Origin: Seleniivibrio woodruffii
GTDB taxonomy: Bacteria; Chrysiogenota; Deferribacteres; Deferribacterales; Geovibrionaceae
Assembly: GCF_029267515.1 (NCBI RefSeq)
Contig: NZ_JAJUIS010000009.1
Span: forward strand, 41,747-105,746
Direction of reading: 5' to 3'
Length of the DNA: 64,000 nt
Shown: positions 26,141-35,086 of the stretch, piece after piece
Layout of the letters: each line of letters opens with the position of its first letter
How positions within the stretch are numbered: position 1 is the stretch's first letter
Notes under the pieces: model-generated
What the model was told of the DNA's origin: nothing
The model's input: the letters and a program-made list of their open reading frames with translations, nothing else
Databases searched by the model: none
Made by a program: the position numbers and the translations under genes

Positions 26141-27354
26141 TGGCCGGACATCACGACGAATATCAGGTACATAGGGCGAAGATCCTTACTCCTGCCTTCT
26201 ATGTGCTTCTTTTCTTTACGGTTCTCGGTTTCCTGCTCATCGCGTACAGATTTGTGATGGGTATCGGCGCCGTTTCAAACCTTTCAGACGGTTACCCATG
26301 GGGTATCTGGATCGCTTATGACGTTGCAACCTCAACAGCTTTTGCGTGCGGCGGCTACGCCATGGCGCTGGTAATTTACATCATGAACAGGATGAAGTAC
26401 CACCCCCTGATCCGTTCGGCATTGGTTACAAGTATGTTCGGTTACATGCTTGCAGGTATGTCCGTTATGGTTGACGTTGGTCGTTACTGGAACGCATACA
26501 GCTTCTTCATCCCTTCGCGCTGGCAGCCGAACTCGGTAATGTTCGAAGTTGCGGTCTGTATCATGGCATACAACGTGGTTCTTATCATCGAAGTTCTGCC
26601 CGCGATACTTGAGCGCTTCATACATATGAAGGACAACAGATTCCCCAAGCTGAAACACTACGCTATGATAATCTATCCGAAACTTGATAAGGTGCTGATA
26701 TTCATAGTTATACTTGGTATCACCCTGCCCTCTATGCACCAGTCTTCACTCGGTTCGATGCTCATCATCGCCAAGTCCAAGCTGAACCCCATATGGCATA
26801 CGGAGATACTTCCCCTGCTGTTCATCATCAACGCCCTTTACATAGGCTATGCAACAGTTATTTTTGAATCATTCGCCTCTTCAATGGCTTTCAGAAGACC
26901 CTTTGAAAAAGAGGTTCAGCAGCTTTCAAGAATAATCCCTTATGTAACAGGCATATGGCTGACAGTACGTTTCATTGACCTGTATGTGAGAGGTCAGCTC
27001 AGCGCTGCCTTCGCCGGAGACTTCTACTCATGGATGTTCATGGCTGAGATGCTGCTGATTCTCACAGGTACATACATCCTGATGTGGAATCAGTACAGAA
27101 GATCCCCCAGAATGGTTTTCATCGCTGCGATGTTCCTTCTGATAGGCGGAGGCTGGTTCCGTTTCAACGTATACCTTATCGGATTTAAACCTCACGGCAA
27201 CTGGAGCTATTTCCCCTCGCTGCCGGAGTTCTTTATCACCATCGGTCTCGTGGCTTTCGAGATACTCGGCTATATGGTGCTTGTAAAACTGTTCCCCATC
27301 ATGCCTAAGGTTCACGGACACGAGGCAACTGCGGAAACAGCAAAGGCTCATTAA
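26140..27354 (+). CDS. hybB: Hydrogenase integral membrane subunit (HybB/NrfD family)
   Basis: 404 aa with about 10 TM helices. TAATG overlap with hybA. Confidence 0.85.
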   Translation: MAGHHDEYQVHRAKILTPAFYVLLFFTVLGFLLIAYRFVMGIGAVSNLSDGYPWGIWIAYDVATSTAFACGGYAMALVIYIMNRMKYHPLIRSALVTSMFGYMLAGMSVMVDVGRYWNAYSFFIPSRWQPNSVMFEVAVCIMAYNVVLIIEVLPAILERFIHMKDNRFPKLKHYAMIIYPKLDKVLIFIVILGITLPSMHQSSLGSMLIIAKSKLNPIWHTEILPLLFIINALYIGYATVIFESFASSMAFRRPFEKEVQQLSRIIPYVTGIWLTVRFIDLYVRGQLSAAFAGDFYSWMFMAEMLLILTGTYILMWNQYRRSPRMVFIAAMFLLIGGGWFRFNVYLIGFKPHGNWSYFPSLPEFFITIGLVAFEILGYMVLVKLFPIMPKVHGHEATAETAKAH

Positions 27355-27374
27355 TTTTTTAGGAGAAAACGAAG

Positions 27375-29057
27375 ATGTCCAATAGAATCACAATCGACCC
27401 TATTACCCGTATTGAAGGACACCTCCGCATTGACTTCGAAGTGGAGGGAGGCAAGGTTTCAAAAGCATGGTCCTCCGCGCAGATGTGGAGAGGTATCGAA
27501 AAAATTCTTCAGGGAAGAGACCCCAGAGACGCATGGGTTTTTGCGCAGAGATTCTGCGGCGTTTGTACCACAGTACACGCTATCAGCTCTATCCGCTCAC
27601 TTGAAAACGCACTGAACGTTGAAGTGCCCCTTAACGCTCAGCTCGTGCGCAACATTATCATCGCACAGCACTCCGTACAGGATCACATCGTTCACTTCTA
27701 TCACCTGTCTGCTCTGGACTGGGTTGACATAGTTTCAGCTCTTTCCGCAGACCCCAAAAAGACAGCACAGCTTGCCCAGTCCATCTCAAACTGGCCCGGC
27801 AACAGCGAAACAGAGTTCAGAGCCGTTAAAGAAAAACTGACTGCCTTCGTTCAGACAGGCAGACTCGGCATCTTCGGTTCAGGATACTGGGGACACCCCG
27901 CAATGAAACTTCCGCCCGAAGCTAACCTTATGGCTGCCGCACACTATCTGAAAGCACTCGACTATCAGAAAAAAGCTGCCGCTGCCGTTGCTATCCTCGG
28001 CGGAAAGAACCCCCACATTCAGAACCTCTGCCTCGGCGGTGTCGCAACAGCAATCAACATGGACAACGAAGCAGCAATCAACATGGAGCGCATCGCACTG
28101 CTCAGACAACTCATGACCGAAACAAGAGACTTCGTTAAAGAAGTTCTTTTCAACGACGTTGTGACAATCGGCTCTCTGTACAAAGACTGGTTCTCATACG
28201 GACGCGGCGTGGATAACTACCTCGCTGTGCCTGAGTTCCCCCTTGACAGCAAAATGACTAAATTCGATATGTCAGGCGGTATCATCCACGGCGGAGACCT
28301 TAAAAACTTCCGTAAACTGACAACTCACACTGACGAAGCTCTCATCAAAGGCATCACTGAGTCCACAGCTCACGCATGGTACAAAGACGACAAGCCTAAA
28401 CACCCCTTCGAAGGTGTTACAGAGCCTGAATACACAGACTTCAACCCCGACGGCAAATACACATGGTGCAAGGCGCCCAGACTCGACGGCAGACCTGTTC
28501 AGGTTGGACCCGTTGCTCAGATACTCGCTTCCTATGCGGCAGGCGACAAAGAGGTCAAAGCCCTTGTTGACGCAGTATGCAGCAAACTCGGAATCAGCGT
28601 TAACGCCCTTCAGTCTACAATGGGACGTCACGTCACACGCGCCATCCGTTCCGTTATCATGGCTGAAAAATCACTCAAATACCTCGACATGCTCGTTGAA
28701 AACTACGGCAAAGGCGACACAGTTTACGCTAACCACACAGAACTGCCCAAAGGCGAATATCAGGGTGTGGGCTTCCACGAAGCACCCCGCGGAACCCTGT
28801 CTCACTGGATGGTTATCGAAGACAAAAAACTTAAAAACTATCAGGCAGTTGTTCCTTCAACATGGAACGCAGGACCCAGAGATGAAAACGGCGCAGCAGG
28901 ACCCTATGAAGCAAGTATTCAGGGCAACCCCGTTGCTGACGCACACAAACCTCTGGAAGTAATCAGAACTGTTCACTCTTTCGACCCCTGTATAGCATGT
29001 GCAGTGCACTCTATCGACCCTGAGGGCAAAGAGATTACAAACGTGAGGGTTAGATAA
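27375..29057 (+). CDS. hybC: [NiFe] hydrogenase large subunit
   Basis: ITRIEGH, RFCGVCTTVH and C-terminal DPCIACAVH, followed by a 15-aa extension that the maturation protease removes. All Ni-ligand positions are Cys, with no in-frame TGA. Confidence 0.93.
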   Translation: MSNRITIDPITRIEGHLRIDFEVEGGKVSKAWSSAQMWRGIEKILQGRDPRDAWVFAQRFCGVCTTVHAISSIRSLENALNVEVPLNAQLVRNIIIAQHSVQDHIVHFYHLSALDWVDIVSALSADPKKTAQLAQSISNWPGNSETEFRAVKEKLTAFVQTGRLGIFGSGYWGHPAMKLPPEANLMAAAHYLKALDYQKKAAAAVAILGGKNPHIQNLCLGGVATAINMDNEAAINMERIALLRQLMTETRDFVKEVLFNDVVTIGSLYKDWFSYGRGVDNYLAVPEFPLDSKMTKFDMSGGIIHGGDLKNFRKLTTHTDEALIKGITESTAHAWYKDDKPKHPFEGVTEPEYTDFNPDGKYTWCKAPRLDGRPVQVGPVAQILASYAAGDKEVKALVDAVCSKLGISVNALQSTMGRHVTRAIRSVIMAEKSLKYLDMLVENYGKGDTVYANHTELPKGEYQGVGFHEAPRGTLSHWMVIEDKKLKNYQAVVPSTWNAGPRDENGAAGPYEASIQGNPVADAHKPLEVIRTVHSFDPCIACAVHSIDPEGKEITNVRVR

Positions 29058-29058
29058 T

Positions 29059-29547
29059 ATGCAGGTGGTGGTCTTCGGAGCAGGAAATCTGCTTCTCAGC
29101 GACGAGGGGCTTGGTGTTCATCTTGTTAAAAGGATGAATGAAAAATATGAAACCTCAGACGATGTCGAGTTCTATGACGGCGGGACTATGGGTATTCTTG
29201 CCACCCATAAACTTGAGGAGACCGCCCATGTGATTATCGTGGACAGCCTCGACGCGCAGGGAATACCCGGCGAACTCAGGGTTTACAAAAAAGAGGATAT
29301 CATGCTGGAGAAAATTCCCGCAAAGATGTCCCCCCACCAGATAGGGCTTCAGGAGGTACTTACACTCAGCGAGCTGAGAGGAAAAGCACCGGAAACGATA
29401 ACATTCTACGGCGTTATCCCTGCAAGTCTGGACAGCTCTGTGGAGCTTAGCCCTGAGGTTGAAGAGAGGCTCGACGAGATTGAGACTCTTATAGTTGACG
29501 AACTTAAAAGGATGGACATTAATCTGTCGCCCGTTATAGCGGCATAA
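29059..29547 (+). CDS. hybD: Hydrogenase maturation endopeptidase
   Basis: 162 aa with VVFGAGNLLLSDEGLGVH...DGGT...IIVD, typical of HybD/HyaD. Confidence 0.9.
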   Translation: MQVVVFGAGNLLLSDEGLGVHLVKRMNEKYETSDDVEFYDGGTMGILATHKLEETAHVIIVDSLDAQGIPGELRVYKKEDIMLEKIPAKMSPHQIGLQEVLTLSELRGKAPETITFYGVIPASLDSSVELSPEVEERLDEIETLIVDELKRMDINLSPVIAA

Positions 29548-29566
29548 TTTCCCATACCTCTTCTAT

Positions 29567-29604
29567 GGGAGTGATGAAATAACCCCCTTCATCACTCCCT
29601 TTTT
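29567..29604 (+). terminator. Intrinsic terminator of the hyb operon
   Basis: Perfect 12-bp stem GGGAGTGATGAA / TTCATCACTCCC with a 9-nt loop, then TTTTT. Confidence 0.85.
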
Positions 29605-29640
29605 AATTTCTCCCATCTCTGCGAGGAGTCAAACGACGAA

Positions 29641-29739
29641 GCAGTCTGATACTTATTCTTTGTATTTCCACTGCTTTTCCTGTATATTCCCAACATCATA
29701 TCAAGGAGCGAACATGCCGCCCATAGCACCCTCAGTGTC
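29641..29739 (+). repeat. 99-bp direct repeat, copy 1 (promoter, RBS and first 9 codons of the downstream methyltransferase gene)
   Basis: Base-for-base identical to 29905-30003. Contains TTGTAT-17-TATATT, AAGGAG and ATG 29714. This copy reads MPPIAPSVS-IS-stop (29714-29749). Confidence 0.95.
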
Positions 29740-29745
29740 AATTAG

Positions 29746-29784
29746 TTGACGCATTTTTTTCCTTCCTTGGAAAAAATACGTCAA
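29746..29784 (+). repeat. Long imperfect hairpin at the start of the 165-bp insert
   Basis: TTGACGCATTTTTTTCC-ttcctt-GGAAAAAATACGTCAA forms 15 bp with one bulge and one mismatch. The stop codon of the truncated 11-codon ORF lies in its left arm. Confidence 0.85.
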
Positions 29785-29904
29785 CGCTCCAATCGGCAAA
29801 AGCCTCGCTCCGCTCACGTTCCACTCGTTCAACCGATAAATCGGTGTCACTCGCTCCACGGGTTTCATCCTGAAACCTGAACCGTCACTGCTAGCGCAAG
29901 CGCG

Positions 29905-30003
29905 GCAGTCTGATACTTATTCTTTGTATTTCCACTGCTTTTCCTGTATATTCCCAACATCATATCAAGGAGCGAACATGCCGCCCATAGCACCCTCAGT
30001 GTC
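29905..30003 (+). repeat. 99-bp direct repeat, copy 2 (functional gene start)
   Basis: Identical to 29641-29739. The promoter-like TTGTAT (29924-29929) and TATATT (29947-29952) precede ATG 29978. Confidence 0.95.
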
Positions 30004-31177
30004 GGTTCAGGTGACACCTGCCGCAGAGAAGAGCATAAAAAAAGGACATCCGTGGGTGTACGCCGACGCAGTGCTGAAAACCAGCCGCGAAGCAGGCGCA
30101 GGGGACATCGCCGCCATATTCAGTGCAAAACGCGAATTTATAGGACTGGGGCTGTACGACCCCACATCTCCAATACGCATACGCATCCTCTCAACCAAAC
30201 CGAAAACCACCATAGATGAGGCATGGCTGAAAACCGCCATGCAGAATTCCATATCAAAAAGACAACATCTTATAGATGATAAGCTCACTGACGGTTTCCG
30301 CCTTATACATGGCGAAAACGACGGTTTGCCCGGTCTGGTTGCGGATATTTATCGTAACGTTCTCGTCATAAAACTCGATACGACCGCATGGATGCCCCAT
30401 CTGGAGCTTATCTGCATGGTATTCAGAGAACTTATAAGCCCACTTACCATAATTCTGAGGCTATCGCGCACAGTGGCTCCGCAGTACGGATATTCCGATG
30501 GCTGTCTGCTGTACGGCGAACCGGTCGGCGGCGCGGTTATATTTTCGGAAAACGGCATACTCTTCGAGGCAGACCCTGTGAAAGGGCAGAAGACCGGATT
30601 CTTCCTTGACCAGAGAGATAACAGAGCGAGAGCCGGAAAACTGGCAAAGGGCAGAGACGTTCTGAATATATTTGCATACAACGGCGGTTTTTCTCTCTAT
30701 GCGGCTAAGGGCGGCGCAAAGTCCGTCATAAGCCTCGACATCGCTCCGCAGGCTCTGGAAGCGGCTAAACGCAATTTCGCACTGAACCCCGACCTCACCT
30801 GTCTCCACGAGACCCTCTGCGCGGACGCGTTCGAGGCTATGAAACAGCTTGCGGACAAAGGCAGAAAATTCGGAATGGTGATTGTCGATCCACCCTCTTT
30901 CGCGCGAAAACAGGCGGACGTACCAAATGCGCTTGCGGCATACGAAAAGCTGACAAAGCTGGCGGTAAACCTCACGTCAAAGGATGGCATCCTTATTTGT
31001 GCATCATGCTCGGCGCGGGTTGGTGCAGATGATTTCTTCGAAACGGTTCTCAAAACCGTGAAGCGTTCGGGACGCTGCTTTAAAGAAACGGAAAGAACGA
31101 GAAACGCCCCCGATCATCCGGTCGGATTCAACGAGGGCGCTTATCTGAAATGTATCTATTTAAAAATTACTTCCTGA
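29978..31177 (+). CDS. RlmI-like class I SAM-dependent rRNA methyltransferase (PUA-like N-domain plus MTase)
   Basis: Start set at ATG 29978 (AAGGAG RBS). KKGHPWVYADAV N-terminal signature, DGLPGLVADIY, FFLDQRDNR and the VLNIFAYNGGFS SAM motif. Confidence 0.8.
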   Translation: MPPIAPSVSVQVTPAAEKSIKKGHPWVYADAVLKTSREAGAGDIAAIFSAKREFIGLGLYDPTSPIRIRILSTKPKTTIDEAWLKTAMQNSISKRQHLIDDKLTDGFRLIHGENDGLPGLVADIYRNVLVIKLDTTAWMPHLELICMVFRELISPLTIILRLSRTVAPQYGYSDGCLLYGEPVGGAVIFSENGILFEADPVKGQKTGFFLDQRDNRARAGKLAKGRDVLNIFAYNGGFSLYAAKGGAKSVISLDIAPQALEAAKRNFALNPDLTCLHETLCADAFEAMKQLADKGRKFGMVIVDPPSFARKQADVPNALAAYEKLTKLAVNLTSKDGILICASCSARVGADDFFETVLKTVKRSGRCFKETERTRNAPDHPVGFNEGAYLKCIYLKITS

Positions 31178-31180
31178 GAT

Positions 31181-31624
31181 TCAGTTAATCATTAACTCAA
31201 GGTCTTCAAGGGTCTGGGAACCGTATTCCTCGTCCTCCGGATCGCCTTTGCTGTTGTAAACTTTAGTATATGGAACGGCGTCTATCTTCATCATCTCTTT
31301 GTGCAGAGCCACGGAACCCGTAAAAAACCGGAAAGGGAATTTCTCTTCTTTGATGGTAGATTCAGCGTATCTCTCATCGGCAGGCTTCGTTATACCTATA
31401 ACCTGAATATTATGCTTTTTTATGAAATCCGGATTGTTTCTAAGCATACGCATTTCGCGCATACAGTGAGGGCACCAGGGAGCCCAGAAAACGACTACGG
31501 TTTTACCCTTAAATGATTTAGAAAGGTTGACTATATCTTTGGTATCAACCGTTTTCAGCGGTTCGGCAAAAAGATTGAGTGAAAGCAAAAAAACCGCAAA
31601 TATAAGAACTGTTATTGTACGCAT
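31181..31624 (-). CDS. Secreted TlpA/ResA-like thiol-disulfide oxidoreductase
   Basis: Signal peptide and thioredoxin motif VVVFWAPWCPHCMREM. Confidence 0.8.
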   Translation of the reverse strand: MRTITVLIFAVFLLSLNLFAEPLKTVDTKDIVNLSKSFKGKTVVVFWAPWCPHCMREMRMLRNNPDFIKKHNIQVIGITKPADERYAESTIKEEKFPFRFFTGSVALHKEMMKIDAVPYTKVYNSKGDPEDEEYGSQTLEDLELMIN

Positions 31625-31686
31625 ATTTCCCTCAATAAAAAAATATACGCAAACATACTCCCATGGCGGTATTAAATCAATATAAA

Positions 31687-32685
31687 CTATTTTCTATATA
31701 CCGAAAACCCTACATACAACAGTATCAGAATCCATATGAAAGCTATAGGCACCAGCACCTTGAGATAGAAAGGCCAGTCAGCGAAACCGAAAAACTGTTT
31801 TTTCTCATAAAGCCCGATGTCCAGCGACCGCATAAGCTCGTATATGCTGATATAGCTTACAGGCATTATCCATCCGGCATAGTTGCCGTCTTTCAAAACC
31901 TGCGAATCGCGCGGAATATTAGTAAGAATGTTCTGCATATCCGTTACAGTCTGCTCGTCCGCGTTTTTACCAGCCAAAAAAGCCCATTCAGGATAAAGTC
32001 TTGTGCTGTGAAGAAGCGGCAGTCCGTCGGAAACGCTGTTTATAACCTTTATATCACTGAGCTTTATCCTGCCCTTTTTCGCCATGCTTTCAAGGATGCC
32101 GGAACGCACACTGCCCATATCCGCGCTTCCGGCAAGAACATAGTCAACAACCTTGTCCTGCGTACCGGTAAAGACAACCTTGAAGTCTTTGTTCTCTTTC
32201 AGCCCGGCATCGCGAATCTCTTTCAGCCCCATCCAATATGCACCGAACCCCTCCGGATCGATACCTGCAAACACTTTTCCTTTGATATCCCTGAAATTAT
32301 TTATATCTTTTCTGTCGGCGCGGGTGAAAACAGCAGACGAAAAATAAGAAACCGTCTTGCCGTTGTATTCCCTGAGTTCCGTAAGCATTATCCGTGCGCC
32401 GTATTTCTCTTGAAGGATAACGGCTTCCGCCGGCTGGGTTATAACGAAATCAAGCTGCCCGGTCTCCATCAGCCTGCGCATCTGCTCAAACCCGAAAACC
32501 GGCATAAGGTAAAATGAATATTTCGTCTGTTGCTGTTCAAGATAGGCAAGTGTCGGCGACCACATCTGATATGCTTCCTGAATACCGTTGTAAGCCCTGA
32601 CCCCCACAGTGAAAACCTTTTCCCTGTCAGCGTGAGCAAAATTCGTAATGAGTACAAACATAAACAAAAGAATCATTTTGCGCAT
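31687..32685 (-). CDS. PhnD-type substrate-binding protein with a C-terminal membrane anchor
   Basis: Signal peptide, PhnD-like core (FTVGVRAYNG...LDFVITQPAEAV...FAGIDPEGFGAYW) and a C-terminal TM helix VLVPIAFIWILILLYVGFSVY. Starts 13 nt after the kinase gene. Confidence 0.7.
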   Translation of the reverse strand: MRKMILLFMFVLITNFAHADREKVFTVGVRAYNGIQEAYQMWSPTLAYLEQQQTKYSFYLMPVFGFEQMRRLMETGQLDFVITQPAEAVILQEKYGARIMLTELREYNGKTVSYFSSAVFTRADRKDINNFRDIKGKVFAGIDPEGFGAYWMGLKEIRDAGLKENKDFKVVFTGTQDKVVDYVLAGSADMGSVRSGILESMAKKGRIKLSDIKVINSVSDGLPLLHSTRLYPEWAFLAGKNADEQTVTDMQNILTNIPRDSQVLKDGNYAGWIMPVSYISIYELMRSLDIGLYEKKQFFGFADWPFYLKVLVPIAFIWILILLYVGFSVYRK

Positions 32686-32697
32686 AAAATTCCTCGC

Positions 32698-34674
32698 CTA
32701 GGCAGTGAATTTCGGCAGAACCACTGTGAACATCGCACCTTCAATTGTGTTTGAAGCGGAAATTCTGCCTTTCATATGGTTCTCTATTATGGCTCTGGTC
32801 ATATACAGACCGATTCCGGTACCCTCTTCGTTCTGTTTCGTGGTGAAATAAGGTTCAAACATCCGCGCCATAACTGCCTCGTCGATGCCGCCGCCATTGT
32901 CAGATATGGAGAAAGATATTTCATGTTCATCGGTTTCGAGGATTATATCTATTATTCCTTCATTAATTTTTCCGGCACGTATCTCTTTTATTATAGCGTC
33001 CTTTGCGTTCTGAATGATGTTCAGCACAGCCTGTTTCATCTCACCAGGAAATCCGCTTACAATCGCCGTATCAGCCAGTTTCCCTGGGTTTTCGCATACG
33101 CCTTCCGCATATACAAAAATATCGCTGCCACTCCTGCATGTATAGTTAAGCGATATGCCGTTGTATTTCATCTGGGCGTTTATCAGCCTTATAACCTCCA
33201 CCATACTGGTTATGATTGAAAACTGTTTTTCCGTTTTGTCCGCACGGAAAAAGTTGCGGAAATCGTCTATAGTGGTGGACATATGCTGGAGCATAGTCAT
33301 TATCTTCTCTTCAAACTCGTTCGCCTCTTCCATATCCAGATTGCCTTCGCGCTGACCTATAACATAGCTCTGAACAGCAAGCCCTATTATGTTCAGGGGC
33401 TGCCGCCACTGGTGGGCTATAGCGTTCACCATACGTCCCATATCGACAAATTTCTGCTGTTCGAAAAGGAGCTGTTCGTTCTTCTGTCTCAGTCCGGTTT
33501 CAAGTTCAACCATGTTTTTCAGCTTAACGTTCATGTCCTCAAGCTCGGTTTCACGCTGCTTTATACGCTTTATAAGCTCGTTGTACGCAGAAACAAGATC
33601 CCCGATTTCGTCACTCCTTTTTATGGGAAGAAACTGATCATAATCAAGTGATTCCGCCTTTCGCACAGCGACCTGAAGCTCTTTCAGAGGCTTTGTAACG
33701 GCAAGATTCAACAGGAAAAAACTGACGGGCACCACAAGCACCAGTACAAAAAAGGAAATCATTATAAATCCCATAAGGATGCTCTGGCGTATGTCCCGCA
33801 CTGCGTAGTCGTGGGCGGAGAATCCGAAATCCACCGAGGTATCCCCGTCTATCACCCATTTCTGGAAATACACGTTCATACCGTCTGAACGCTGTATGCG
33901 CTCGGCTGTGGTGAAACTTTCGGGAAACAGTGTCGTATGATCCGTGTCAGGTCTGAATGAACTGTCAAAAACTGTCCATCCGTTGATATAATATGTGAAG
34001 CCCATTCCCGTTGCCGCCTCAACCTGACGTACAAAGGATGAATCGAGAAAATCAGCTGACATAACGGTCATACGGCTTCCGCCGCGGACAGCCTCTGCTG
34101 CGTACTGAACAGTCAATACGCCGGATATGTCGGTAAAGCTGTACCCTCTGCGGACGTGTCTGGAATTTGCCAGAAAATCTTTTATAAAATCAACTCCGCC
34201 GAAACCGCTCATTATTTCGCCGTTTTTAATTATTACCGGTTTACCCGCATAATCCATGTAACCACCGTAATAGTCACCGTTTTCTCTGAATGCAAAGACC
34301 CGCAGCTTCATTTCGCTGTCATAAACAGCCAGAGCCCCTACGTTTCCAAGATTCGCCATCTCCGACAGCTTGGATGCCTCGCGGAAAAGCCCAGTTTCGG
34401 TGGAAAAATCCATTATTCCCAAATAATCCGAGCCGGATATCACGTCTGTATATTTAAGAAGATCAACCTGCAAACTTTTGATTTTTTCATTCAGAACTGA
34501 AAAAGAAGTGCGGAAGGAAGACGCTGTACGCCAGTTGATATTTGACACAGTCATAGAATACAGTGTAACTGCAAAAACCGCGCACATTAACAGTATTGTG
34601 AGCATCACAAAAATAAACAGTTTTGTTCTGACACTCTTAATTTCCGGAATAATCATCCAGCTTTCTCCGGGCAT
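32698..34674 (-). CDS. Membrane sensor histidine kinase with a large periplasmic domain
   Basis: TM, ~270-aa periplasmic region, TM, HAMP, coiled coil, H-box AIAHQWRQPLN and an ATPase domain (DNGGGI..., GTGIGLYM). Confidence 0.85.
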   Translation of the reverse strand: MPGESWMIIPEIKSVRTKLFIFVMLTILLMCAVFAVTLYSMTVSNINWRTASSFRTSFSVLNEKIKSLQVDLLKYTDVISGSDYLGIMDFSTETGLFREASKLSEMANLGNVGALAVYDSEMKLRVFAFRENGDYYGGYMDYAGKPVIIKNGEIMSGFGGVDFIKDFLANSRHVRRGYSFTDISGVLTVQYAAEAVRGGSRMTVMSADFLDSSFVRQVEAATGMGFTYYINGWTVFDSSFRPDTDHTTLFPESFTTAERIQRSDGMNVYFQKWVIDGDTSVDFGFSAHDYAVRDIRQSILMGFIMISFFVLVLVVPVSFFLLNLAVTKPLKELQVAVRKAESLDYDQFLPIKRSDEIGDLVSAYNELIKRIKQRETELEDMNVKLKNMVELETGLRQKNEQLLFEQQKFVDMGRMVNAIAHQWRQPLNIIGLAVQSYVIGQREGNLDMEEANEFEEKIMTMLQHMSTTIDDFRNFFRADKTEKQFSIITSMVEVIRLINAQMKYNGISLNYTCRSGSDIFVYAEGVCENPGKLADTAIVSGFPGEMKQAVLNIIQNAKDAIIKEIRAGKINEGIIDIILETDEHEISFSISDNGGGIDEAVMARMFEPYFTTKQNEEGTGIGLYMTRAIIENHMKGRISASNTIEGAMFTVVLPKFTA

Positions 34675-34904
34675 ACCGTCACTTGGTTTAACGGAACGGA
34701 ATATATTAAAAAGCTAACCTTTGACTATGCTTCTATGATTCAATTTTATATTATTTTAGAAATATTCACAATAGATTTAGAAATAATCCCCTTAGTAAAG
34801 CTCATATGTCAGTATTTAATTAATCATAGATTCATAAATTCAACTCTCCATTATATAAAATATTGTGCAATCACAACAATATATATAGTTATTACAATAC
34901 TCTG

Positions 34905-34961
34905 TGGCGAAAAACAGCCACAGCACAAACGCAACACAGCCCAATTGGCTGATTTTCGCCA
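34905..34961. promoter_or_regulatory. Pair of 16-bp dyads; candidate enhancer (UAS) for the sigma-54 promoter
   Basis: TGGCGAAAAACAGCCA (34905-34920) and, on the opposite strand, TGGCGAAAATCAGCCA (34946-34961). Their centres are 41 bp apart and ~150 and ~109 bp upstream of the -24 GG. Confidence 0.5.
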
Positions 34962-35060
34962 TACAAGAACCAGTATAAAAATGCGCATCCGGCTCTCGAA
35001 TATTTTTTTAAGGCTTTGACAGCAGATATTTACAAAACACGCACATGGATTTTACAATTT

Positions 35061-35076
35061 TGGCACAGGCATTGCT
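35061..35076 (+). promoter_or_regulatory. Sigma-54 (-24/-12) promoter
   Basis: TGGCAC-AGGCA-TTGCT, with GG at 35062-35063 and GC at 35074-35075 at the correct spacing. Confidence 0.75.
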
Positions 35077-35086
35077 CTAATAATTA

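Noticed and set aside
27375-29057. Possible [NiFeSe] hydrogenase (selenocysteine).
   Set aside because: There is no in-frame TGA, and the C-terminal motif is DPCIACAVH with Cys at both ligand positions.
29610-29645. Apparent dispersed repeat: GCGAGGAGTCAAACGACGAAGCAG here versus GCGAGGAGCGAAAGAGACGCGGCG at about 35471-35494.
   Set aside because: Hand alignment gives only about 17 of 25 matches with a gap beyond a shared 8-mer. That is too weak to call a repeat family without a computed search.
30310-30318. Extra matches to the dyad half-site TGGCGAAAA (30310-30318, and 32075-32084 on the opposite strand).
   Set aside because: Only one half of the dyad is present and both lie inside coding sequence (for example the MAKKG codons). 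I treat them as chance half-sites.
34735-35019. 94-aa ORF in the AT-rich gap upstream of the sigma-54 promoter.
   Set aside because: It has no SD sequence and an extreme Ile/Leu/Tyr composition driven by AT-richness. It also overlaps the dyad sites. It is more plausibly regulatory DNA.
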